DNA of 6,403 bases from a virus. Below the pieces are notes generated by a model. The model was not told the origin of the DNA. It searched no databases and saw nothing but the letters and a program-made list of their open reading frames with translations. Of the stretch, positions 1 through 5,821 are shown one piece after another. Where the stretch lies: IMG/VR virus record IMGVR_UViG_3300044475_000192; one strand, given 5' to 3'. A program made the position numbers and the translations under genes. Position 1 is the stretch's first letter. The number at the start of each line of letters is the position of its first letter.

Positions 1-12
1 TTATGTTAAATA

Positions 13-95
13 AGATACTTGAAGCGGTGCGCTTCTATTACTGGCAGATCGCACCGCACTGGACAGCTTAAACTGAATCGCTGTCAAGTGTATCT
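13..95. other. 85-nt spacer between the two dif-like sites, predicted to fold as a three-way (forked) junction in ssDNA
   Basis: Perfect complementary pairs are 13-18 AGATAC / 90-95 GTATCT, which extends the dif-arm stem. Then 24-31 GCGGTGCG / 50-57 CGCACCGC, and 62-67 GACAGC / 80-85 GCTGTC. An alternative small hairpin is 21-26 GAAGCG / 30-35 CGCTTC. Confidence 0.55.
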
Positions 96-96
96 C

Positions 97-125
97 AATG
101 AACATAACATAGAGTTATGCGAAAT
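97..125 (-). other. dif-like XerC/XerD recombination site 2, inverted relative to site 1 (candidate attP half)
   Basis: The minus strand reads ATTTCGCATAA-CTCTATG-TTATGTTCATT. The XerC arm equals the ATTTCGCATAA arm I recall for Haemophilus/Acinetobacter-type dif. The XerD arm matches TTATGTTAAAT at 9/11. The central region is again 7 bp. A second copy lies at 6373-6401. Confidence 0.7.
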
Positions 126-139
126 CCGACCACTTCTCA

Positions 140-167
140 ACTTGCGCTCTGGTGAGTCTGCGCAAGT
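140..167 (-). other. GC-rich hairpin downstream of the last minus-strand ORF (operon-end structure or ssDNA origin/packaging element)
   Basis: ACTTGCGC (140-147) pairs with GCGCAAGT (160-167) around a 12-nt loop. It starts 15 nt after the stop at 182-184. No U/T tract follows on either strand, so it is not a canonical intrinsic terminator. Confidence 0.4.
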
Positions 168-181
168 TTGCGAGGCTTGTT

Positions 182-355
182 CTAATCTATATCATCGTGT
201 GAATGTGTTTCTGATCTTAAATAAAATGCAGCGCATATCGGACATGCGTTATACACTTCAAATATTTTATTAAGAATCTTAACCTTAGAAGCTGAATGCG
301 GAGAATCCATAACTAAAAAGAATATGTCTTCTACTTCTTGCTTTGTAAATTCCAT
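182..355 (-). CDS. Small hypothetical protein in the cargo slot downstream of zot (57 aa from ATG; 75 aa if the TTG at 409 is used)
   Basis: ORF-track ORF 182-409. The internal ATG at 353-355 has AGGA 6 nt upstream (TTAGGATTTATTATG), while the TTG at 407-409 has no Shine-Dalgarno sequence. Same strand as the phage operon. Acidic C-terminus with CPIC...HSH. No family recognised. Confidence 0.5.
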   Translation of the reverse strand: MEFTKQEVEDIFFLVMDSPHSASKVKILNKIFEVYNACPICAAFYLRSETHSHDDID

Positions 356-423
356 AATAAATCCTAAGAATTCGGCGAGCGTAGCTCGGTACTTATCGTT
401 TGTAGTCAAATGGGAGCTTGTAA

Positions 424-1674
424 TCAGAGAGAAGAACGTTGATGTTCTAATTTCAGTTGTTCACTCGTAGACACTCGCTCTGTTGATTGCTGTTCTTGTG
501 CAAAGTAATTAAATGGTCTATCACCATTTTCAATGACTTTTCTGCAATCTGATTGTGATACATCATGAAGAATTGTTCCCTGTTGTGTATATGCAACATA
601 TCTCCCATCCTTTTTCATACAGCCACTAAATACAGGCAGTGCTGTAGCCGTATAACCTCCAGTAGCAACGGATTCAAATGGTTTATTGGGATTGTAATCT
701 ATAACAATTTGATCAATTGAATTACCTGTTTTCGCTTCTAATTGCTTGTTTTTATTATCAAGATATTGCTTGTCTAATCCCTCACGACACATTTCGGGAG
801 ACCATCCAAATTGTTTAACGCAGTCATTTATTTTTGTCTGCATTTCAGGTGAGATTTGAGTTTCAGAATTCGCTACTGGAGACTTGTTAGCATTCTTTTG
901 TTCAAGCTGTTTTTGTGCTTCTAATGTTTTATCAAGTGCATCTTGTCCAATTCGATGACCACCCGAGAAATGTGTAAAACCATTAATAAGTAATCCTGCT
1001 GCAATGATGAAACATACAGCAGCAATGGCAGCTAGTTTGTACATATATGTCGGAATGCGTACTTTTTTGTCTGTGACTTCTTCAGTAGATTTGTAGTATT
1101 TGAATATTTCAGGGTCTAAATCTACTTTGTAAACATCTTCAGCGCGTTCAATTGCAGCCGTTGAGCTAGGGCTTTCCTGTGGAGATCGCCAAAGCGCAAC
1201 TTGTGATTGTCCTTTGTTAAATGGTCTTGAGAAATGATAGTGTTCTTTTACGAATCCAAGTAAATGTTGGTGTAATAATTTAGGATTCTGAGTAATAAAA
1301 ATGATGTCATAGCCCTTATGACGATGTTCATCTAATTCTGATATGACAGCACGTTCAGATAATTTTTCTCTGTTTACATGAGCGAAATATCTAAGATTTT
1401 TCTTATCACGTAACTTTTGTGATTCATCATAAACAATTAAAGAACCCCTTTGCCCTATTTCCGTATCGGCAAATGGCGTTAGTTGCCAGTCAAATTCTCC
1501 ATTGTCATTGATGGGAATTGGTTCAACACCCTCAATAGGTTGGAATCCCTCTTCATTGATGCCCTTGATATTAGTAAATACAGGTCGACCGTTTGCAGCT
1601 TCTTCTATGATACGTTTGACTGCTGCATGTGTCTTGCCGTCTCCAGTAGCTCCAGTGAATAAAATAACAGGCAT
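424..1674 (-). CDS. zot: Zot / pI-family assembly NTPase (inner-membrane morphogenesis protein)
   Basis: 416 aa. Walker A GATGDGKT (aa 8-15, nt 1630-1653) and Walker B LIVYDES (aa 79-85). HRHKGYDIIFITQ resembles the Zot-family motif. One TM segment at about aa 213-233, then a 180-aa C-terminal domain with 4 Cys. AGAGG Shine-Dalgarno inside the end of the upstream gene. Position after the pVI-like gene is typical. Confidence 0.9.
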   Translation of the reverse strand: MPVILFTGATGDGKTHAAVKRIIEEAANGRPVFTNIKGINEEGFQPIEGVEPIPINDNGEFDWQLTPFADTEIGQRGSLIVYDESQKLRDKKNLRYFAHVNREKLSERAVISELDEHRHKGYDIIFITQNPKLLHQHLLGFVKEHYHFSRPFNKGQSQVALWRSPQESPSSTAAIERAEDVYKVDLDPEIFKYYKSTEEVTDKKVRIPTYMYKLAAIAAVCFIIAAGLLINGFTHFSGGHRIGQDALDKTLEAQKQLEQKNANKSPVANSETQISPEMQTKINDCVKQFGWSPEMCREGLDKQYLDNKNKQLEAKTGNSIDQIVIDYNPNKPFESVATGGYTATALPVFSGCMKKDGRYVAYTQQGTILHDVSQSDCRKVIENGDRPFNYFAQEQQSTERVSTSEQLKLEHQRSSL

Positions 1675-1680
1675 GATTTA

Positions 1681-1953
1681 TTACCTCTTAGCCAAACGTG
1701 GGCGCATTGATTCCCAATATGCACGTGTAAGAATTGCTGTGAAGATGATTGCAATAGCTTCGGGAATGCCAAGAACAGCCATTAAACCGATGTAAGGTAA
1801 TGATTGAATGTGGGAAGCTGCATTGTTTACATATGTGGATAGGAACAAGTAAAACGGTAGCCCAGTTAAAATGCCAACTCCGAAGCTTGTTAATAATTTG
1901 CGTACAAAGTTGTTAGAAAATAGGTCTAACAAACCATAGAGCAATTTACCCAT
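1681..1953 (-). CDS. pVI / Ace-like minor coat (virion cap) membrane protein
   Basis: 90 aa, almost entirely hydrophobic with 2-3 predicted TM segments and a basic tail RPRLAKR. It lies between the pIII-like gene and zot, as gVI does in Ff and ace in CTXphi. Its ATG (1951-1953) overlaps the pIII-like TAA (1953-1955) as TAATG. Confidence 0.75.
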   Translation of the reverse strand: MGKLLYGLLDLFSNNFVRKLLTSFGVGILTGLPFYLFLSTYVNNAASHIQSLPYIGLMAVLGIPEAIAIIFTAILTRAYWESMRPRLAKR

Positions 1954-3224
1954 TAATCATCACCCCCACGTTGAAATCCGAAGATGATGAAGCAAGCTGA
2001 AATTGTTGCAAAGCCAATAACAAATGGCTTTATTAGCCAATCTAATTGACAGATAAATGAATAATCTGCGGTCTTAATTTGTGCAGTTACACCATGAAAG
2101 TTGACAGTTTGATAACTAGGTGCAGGACATTGTGCAGAAACGTTTAAAGAGACCTTTTTTTCTTCCATTGGTGTAGTGATATTTAAATCAGTTTGGTCTC
2201 GTTCTGGTAAATCTTCCTCTTTAGTCCAGTCCAAGAAATCACATACAGACGAAGCCCAATCACAGAAATCAGGAAGATTAAAACCGTTAGGCGCAGGATT
2301 CGGATTCTCTGGAGTCGGTTCAGGATTGTTCGGTTTAATGCCTGTGTCTTTTGAAGATGGAGCAGCTTTGTCTAAAGCGTCTTCAATTTCTTTGACAGTT
2401 GGAGAGTTTTCTTTTTCCCATGGGTTCGCAGGCTTAAACAGATCGGGTGCAAGATTAGGATTCCATTTCGGATTCAATTTAGGTGCAAGCTCAGGATCAG
2501 CAAAATCGGGATGTGTGTGATTTGCGTAGTCTGCGAGCTGCTCAGGTGAAAGTTGTTCTTTGTCTTTTGGAGGTACTACTAACTTTTCATCTTTTGTAAC
2601 ACGTATATAATTTTTATCTTGAGTTCCATTAAATGTAAATGTTACTTCGATATCAATAATTTGAGGAATAGCAGTTCCAGAAAGATCAGATACTTTTGTT
2701 GTGTGATACTGATCAGCCCACATGTTCGAGATTTTACAGTCTTTAGCAGTAGAATTCGTTTTACAGATATTAAAATCAGGAAACGCATCAGCAGGACAAG
2801 TATAAACACTAACACCAGATTTCCATTTGTACCCGAAATTTTTACATCCAAAGCCGACATCACCAGTTTTTTTATAACGCCAAATAGACTGAGCTGCTGG
2901 ATCAATGACCCAATCAACAGCTTCAAGAAGTCCTTGCAATGCTGCTGCACCTAACAAGCCCCAACCCGTTGTTTTTAGTAATCTTCCCATACCAACAGCG
3001 CCCATTTTGCTTCTCGGACTTGCAGCTTTAGTATCTATTGAAGTCTTATAAACAGAGTTATTTGCAGGCTGTCCATACTGATCTATTTTATGTCCAGTAA
3101 CTTGCAATTTTTGATTCTGATCAGGAACTACATCGTATTCCCATTTTTCGGCAGCACCTGCAAATACAAGTGTAGGTATTAGAAGAAAGACAGTTAAAAA
3201 GAAGATTCTTAGACTTTTAGACAT
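1953..3224 (-). CDS. pIII-like adsorption / minor coat protein (receptor-binding)
   Basis: 423 aa. Signal peptide with VFA|G cleavage after aa 22. Cys-containing N-terminal domains (C127, C143, C154, C163). Pro/Asn-rich linker region at about aa 217-315, including KPNNPEPTPENPNPAPN. C-terminal TM anchor at aa 396-417. It is the largest ORF, immediately after the major coat gene. Confidence 0.8.
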   Translation of the reverse strand: MSKSLRIFFLTVFLLIPTLVFAGAAEKWEYDVVPDQNQKLQVTGHKIDQYGQPANNSVYKTSIDTKAASPRSKMGAVGMGRLLKTTGWGLLGAAALQGLLEAVDWVIDPAAQSIWRYKKTGDVGFGCKNFGYKWKSGVSVYTCPADAFPDFNICKTNSTAKDCKISNMWADQYHTTKVSDLSGTAIPQIIDIEVTFTFNGTQDKNYIRVTKDEKLVVPPKDKEQLSPEQLADYANHTHPDFADPELAPKLNPKWNPNLAPDLFKPANPWEKENSPTVKEIEDALDKAAPSSKDTGIKPNNPEPTPENPNPAPNGFNLPDFCDWASSVCDFLDWTKEEDLPERDQTDLNITTPMEEKKVSLNVSAQCPAPSYQTVNFHGVTAQIKTADYSFICQLDWLIKPFVIGFATISACFIIFGFQRGGDD

Positions 3225-3233
3225 TTCGCAAAC

Positions 3234-3308
3234 TCACTTTAAAAGAATGCGTATGCCCTCTATAGCAATAATGACAATTAGCCAATTAAATATTGAAGGT
3301 ACATCCAT
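3234..3308 (-). CDS. Candidate 24-aa hydrophobic micro-protein (pVII/pIX-like?), not in the ORF track
   Basis: My own translation gives MDVPSIFNWLIVIIAIEGIRILLK. GAGG lies 9 nt upstream of the ATG (3306-3308). The TGA stop (3234-3236) is 9 nt before the pIII-like ATG. Its short acidic N-terminus, hydrophobic core and basic C-terminus resemble the 32-33 aa Ff cap proteins. Confidence 0.3.
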   Translation of the reverse strand: MDVPSIFNWLIVIIAIEGIRILLK

Positions 3309-3324
3309 AGCATTCGACCTCAAT

Positions 3325-3379
3325 TTGTGCAATCACGCGCCAAACTTTGCACAGCAACGTTCAGCGCGCGCTCGCACAA
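3325..3379 (-). promoter_or_regulatory. GC-rich imperfect inverted repeat / stem-loop directly after the major coat gene (candidate attenuator, terminator-like or mRNA-stabilising element)
   Basis: Arms are 3325-3340 and 3364-3379 with a 23-nt loop. In the minus-sense RNA, 15 of 16 positions pair (two as G-U) with one G-A mismatch. In the plus sense the two wobble pairs become C-A mismatches. It contains the palindrome AGCGCGCGCT (3363-3372). A competing hairpin is TGTGCAA 3326-3332 / TTGCACA 3347-3353. No U tract follows. Confidence 0.45.
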
Positions 3380-3383
3380 CTTA

Positions 3384-3632
3384 TTACTTCACTGCACCAC
3401 GTGATTTTTTCACTAGAGCTAGTACAGCTACAAAGCCCAAGAGTGCAATACCAATTGCAATGCCGAATGTCTCAGCAGTGCCGATGTCTGTAATAAATGA
3501 AGCAGTATCAAGCGTTAAAGCTGCGTTTGCGTTTGACATCGCCAATACAGTTACAACACCACCTAGTACGCCACCACGAGCTAAAGCAGTGCGTCCATTT
3601 TTTTCTACAACTTGAATTGTTTGTTGTTCCAT
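3384..3632 (-). CDS. pVIII-like major coat protein precursor
   Basis: 82 aa from the ATG at 3630-3632, which has GAGGAG 6 nt upstream. The ORF track starts at GTG 3645-3647, overlapping the upstream TGA. Signal peptide ends ...AMSNANA|ALTLD. The predicted 45-aa mature protein has an acidic N-terminus (D, D, E), a hydrophobic core GIAIGIALLGFVAVLALV and a basic C-terminus KKSRGAVK. Confidence 0.9.
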   Translation of the reverse strand: MEQQTIQVVEKNGRTALARGGVLGGVVTVLAMSNANAALTLDTASFITDIGTAETFGIAIGIALLGFVAVLALVKKSRGAVK

Positions 3633-3643
3633 AGTTTTTCTCC

Positions 3644-3823
3644 TCACTTAACGGAATAACGAGATTGTTTTAATAACCACATAATTAAGAAGTAACTGGA
3701 AATCGCTGTGATTATTAGTGACGCTTCCCAGCCAGTAATGGCAAACATGGTTGTATTCAGATCAAGCCAAGTCAGACAAGTATTTGTTGACTTATCCAGT
3801 TGAGTACAAACATTTAGCTCCAT
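3644..3823 (-). CDS. Small membrane protein, pVII/pIX (Psh)-like minor coat candidate
   Basis: 59 aa from the ATG at 3821-3823, with AAGGA 7 nt upstream. The ORF track begins at GTG 3845-3847. One TM segment FAITGWEASLIITAISSYFLIMWLL followed by a basic tail KQSRYSVK. It sits immediately upstream of the major coat gene. Confidence 0.65.
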   Translation of the reverse strand: MELNVCTQLDKSTNTCLTWLDLNTTMFAITGWEASLIITAISSYFLIMWLLKQSRYSVK

Positions 3824-3834
3824 TTTTAAATCCT

Positions 3835-3927
3835 TTATCCTTTGCACTTATTGAAGTGCAGGAAATAAATCTGTTCATAAAAGAATGTGTTGCCACATTT
3901 TGGGCAGCAGTAAGACAAGTGGCTCAT
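3835..3927 (-). CDS. Candidate 30-aa Cys-rich micro-protein with C2HC zinc-finger-like spacing, not in the ORF track
   Basis: My own translation gives MSHLSYCCPKCGNTFFYEQIYFLHFNKCKG. Its ATG (3925-3927) overlaps the TGA (3924-3926) of the upstream 67-aa ORF as ATGA. Its stop at 3835-3837 is 11 nt before the next gene's ATG. With it, no non-coding gap remains between the ssDNA-binding gene and the coat module. Confidence 0.3.
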   Translation of the reverse strand: MSHLSYCCPKCGNTFFYEQIYFLHFNKCKG

Positions 3928-4127
3928 CTTCTCAATTCCCCGTTATGACTGACTTTCTGAATCAAGAGTTTTAAATCTGTTATCGCTTGATCAGCGCAGT
4001 CTGTTTCTTGTAATTGCTGCAATTGATTCTCTAAATGTTCGTTGATCTTGTTGAAATCAATTGCAGTTAAAACACCTATGGAACGGCTGTAATTAACCGT
4101 TCCGTATTGGTAAGCACGATTACGCAC
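3924..4127 (-). CDS. Hypothetical 67-aa protein (helical, Gln/Leu-rich)
   Basis: ORF-track ORF. It has only a GTG start (4125-4127), overlapping the end of the ssDNA-binding gene by 8 nt, with no clear Shine-Dalgarno and no internal ATG. The main support is compact-genome logic: without it, 272 nt would be non-coding. No family recognised. Confidence 0.45.
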   Translation of the reverse strand: MRNRAYQYGTVNYSRSIGVLTAIDFNKINEHLENQLQQLQETDCADQAITDLKLLIQKVSHNGELRR

Positions 4128-4470
4128 TAGCAGCAGGCTTTATTGTTGTCTGTGTCTTATGCGGTTCAAAGTTGAGTGCGATCAATTGCGCTACTGGAAC
4201 TTTGCCTGATACGTCCAACTTAAATAGAAGCTGAGCTTCAGCAGGAAGTTTCACATGCTCATAGTCATGGAAGAATTGACCGCCTTTAATCTTGTACTCA
4301 GTTGATTTCATACCGTTCGCACCTTCAGAAGTTTCACGTTCATTAAAAGGCTGTAAAACAGTTACTACAGTGTTGCTGTAGTCAATAGATTTACCATCAT
4401 CAGATTTAAAGTTGCCTTGTGATTTACGAATACCAGAAACGGTTAAAATTGGTTGTTCAATTGCGCTCAT
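4120..4470 (-). CDS. Probable ssDNA-binding protein (gV / RstB positional equivalent)
   Basis: 116 aa, with a strong TAGGAG Shine-Dalgarno 9 nt upstream that overlaps the Rep stop codon. Soluble, beta-rich-looking sequence. Its position directly after Rep matches gV in Ff and rstB in CTXphi. Function is inferred from position and size only. Confidence 0.6.
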   Translation of the reverse strand: MSAIEQPILTVSGIRKSQGNFKSDDGKSIDYSNTVVTVLQPFNERETSEGANGMKSTEYKIKGGQFFHDYEHVKLPAEAQLLFKLDVSGKVPVAQLIALNFEPHKTQTTIKPAASA

Positions 4471-4481
4471 GCTATATGCTC

Positions 4482-5702
4482 CTAAGCAATTAGGTAGTTA
4501 AACTGTGACACTGGCGGTTCATACCACTCAGGCAGTTGTTGATTGAAGTCGATCTCAACGAGCTTCACGAACGGAATGATGTTTTTAGCCTTGTCATCAT
4601 GCAAGTTTTGTAAATACGCTTTCGAGAAACCGCATTCACAAAGTTGGGTAACTAAGTTATGAAACTGCGACTTACCATAATTAGACTTGATTTCTTCAAG
4701 ACCCTTTTCACGGATAAGGCAATACATAGCAAATAAGTTACGTATACGTGTTGGCGATGGTTTACCGCTTTTGGTTAAAACTACTGGAGAAGTTTCAATT
4801 GCACGATAAACACTAGAATCGTCTGTAATTTTCATAGTTTGACCCCTCAAGGCATCAAAAATACTACTTGTGGCTTTTATCCAAAGTGTTTGCAAAAGGT
4901 TGGGATTTTCTCGCTCGAATTTAATTAATTCGATTAAGTTAGTAGGTACACCGTTACGTTCTAACCATCGTTTTTTCATACGTGATTCAAAACGTAATAA
5001 CCCGACTGTCCAGTTGAACAACCGAATATCTGACATGATTTCAACAACCCTCATGGCTGCTTTATCATTTTTTTTAGCAAGCTGCTTTTGAGCATCAAAC
5101 TGATTGATATATTCATCATGTTTGAGATAGCACTTGTGATTAATTAATCGTGATGATTCACCGCCCCAGTAAGTTGTGCTGTCATAGCGTTTATTACTAA
5201 GGCGTGTTTGACCGTTTGAAATACGGCTCATAAATTCAAGAACTTGCTTCGCTGTATGCTGATCTTTAACACGAGCTGAATACGTCACATCAATGTGAGA
5301 AACCCAAGCTTTTGAAACGTCTAGTTTTTGACAAAGCACTGGGTAAGCCATGTGCAAGTAACCGAGCATCTCAGCAGCACCCTGCTCCAATGTTGAATTA
5401 CCAAATACGTTATGACCTTGTAACAACTTTGCAGGTGACGCTTTGATCTGGACATATGGCCAGTACGAGGAATCAAAAAAAACCTTACAAGCCATCCCCG
5501 TGTAATGTGTAGGTAATGACTCGTAAGGATGAAATAAAGCGGAAGCGTTTAACGTACCGTCTAAGTTCATATGAACCGAACGTGATGCTAGAGGAATATC
5601 CATGCAAAGTGGGTCGAAATCAATAAATGCATACAGACCATCCTGACCACATACAACGTATTGGTCTGCGAATGGAAGATTTATGCAAATATGATCGTTC
5701 AT
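4482..5702 (-). CDS. Replication initiation protein, phage gene II/X family (rolling-circle Rep; RstA positional equivalent)
   Basis: 406 aa. The motif SPAKLLQGHNVFG resembles the ...P.K..QGHN.FG signature I recall for the gene II/X (Phage_CRI/TIGR01629-type) family. It is the first gene of the minus-strand operon and is divergent from a small repressor. Confidence 0.85.
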   Translation of the reverse strand: MNDHICINLPFADQYVVCGQDGLYAFIDFDPLCMDIPLASRSVHMNLDGTLNASALFHPYESLPTHYTGMACKVFFDSSYWPYVQIKASPAKLLQGHNVFGNSTLEQGAAEMLGYLHMAYPVLCQKLDVSKAWVSHIDVTYSARVKDQHTAKQVLEFMSRISNGQTRLSNKRYDSTTYWGGESSRLINHKCYLKHDEYINQFDAQKQLAKKNDKAAMRVVEIMSDIRLFNWTVGLLRFESRMKKRWLERNGVPTNLIELIKFERENPNLLQTLWIKATSSIFDALRGQTMKITDDSSVYRAIETSPVVLTKSGKPSPTRIRNLFAMYCLIREKGLEEIKSNYGKSQFHNLVTQLCECGFSKAYLQNLHDDKAKNIIPFVKLVEIDFNQQLPEWYEPPVSQFNYLIA

Positions 5703-5714
5703 CGGTTAATGTCC

Positions 5715-5726
5715 ACATGCATGCAA
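5715..5726. promoter_or_regulatory. Operator-like repeat 1 (ACATGCATGCAA; core palindrome TGCATGCA)
   Basis: Exact 12-mer shared with 5773-5784. It lies 13 bp from the Rep ATG and is followed by extra TGCA half-sites (TGCAAGAATGCA). Confidence 0.55.
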
Positions 5727-5755
5727 GAATGCAATAGGCGGAACTTAACACAAAT

Positions 5756-5765
5756 ATGCATGCAT
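5756..5765. promoter_or_regulatory. Operator-like repeat 2 (ATGCATGCAT, perfect 10-bp palindrome)
   Basis: Same ATGCATGCA core. Core starts are spaced 39 bp from repeat 1 and 19 bp from repeat 3, roughly 4 and 2 helical turns. Confidence 0.55.
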
Positions 5766-5772
5766 ACACAAT

Positions 5773-5784
5773 ACATGCATGCAA
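5773..5784. promoter_or_regulatory. Operator-like repeat 3 (ACATGCATGCAA)
   Basis: Exact copy of 5715-5726, immediately upstream of the ATACATGTAT palindrome and the -10-like TATCAT. Confidence 0.55.
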
Positions 5785-5821
5785 AAATACATGTATCATT
5801 TTCCACATTAGGAAATCGGGT

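Larger units (their letters stand above)
1..127. repeat. Terminal direct repeat, left copy (127 bp, exact)
   Basis: Base-by-base comparison shows 1-127 identical to 6277-6403. It begins exactly at TTATGTTAAAT, the XerD-type arm. Confidence 0.97.
5703..5821. promoter_or_regulatory. Divergent control region between Rep and the RHH regulator (promoters plus operator repeats)
   Basis: 119 bp and AT-rich, with three copies of ATGCATGCA and an ATACATGTAT palindrome (5787-5796). The best + strand -10-like hexamer is TATCAT (5794-5799), overlapping that palindrome. AGGAAA Shine-Dalgarno at 5810-5815. I could not place the Rep promoter hexamers confidently. Confidence 0.65.

Noticed and set aside
19-273. 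84-aa + strand ORF across the attachment region
   Set aside because: It has a TTG start and no Shine-Dalgarno. It runs straight through the dif-like site, the GC-rich hairpins and the antisense of the more plausible minus-strand ORF. It is most likely a chance open frame.
1502-1795. 97-aa + strand ORF
   Set aside because: It is antisense to the well-supported zot 5' end (Walker A region) and the pVI-like gene. It has no independent signals.
2176-2954. Three ORFs overlapping the pIII-like gene (2176-2520 +, 2619-2954 +, 2642-2950 -)
   Set aside because: All lie inside the 423-aa ORF, which has a signal peptide, linker and TM anchor. They give low-complexity or odd-composition translations typical of off-frame or antisense reading.
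3247-3615. 122-aa + strand ORF
   Set aside because: It is antisense to the major coat gene and to the structured intergenic region. The coat-protein reading is far better supported.
3888-3909. Possible weak terminator (UGCUGCC / GGCAACA stem followed by CAUUCUUUUAU on the minus strand), and a 7-bp hairpin at 3843-3860
   Set aside because: The stems are short and the first has a C-A mismatch. Both lie inside a candidate coding frame. The evidence is too weak to call as features.
3751-3948. 65-aa + strand ORF
   Set aside because: It is antisense to the pVII/pIX-like gene and the coupled small ORFs, with no start signals.
4870-5091. 73-aa + strand ORF
   Set aside because: It is entirely antisense within Rep.
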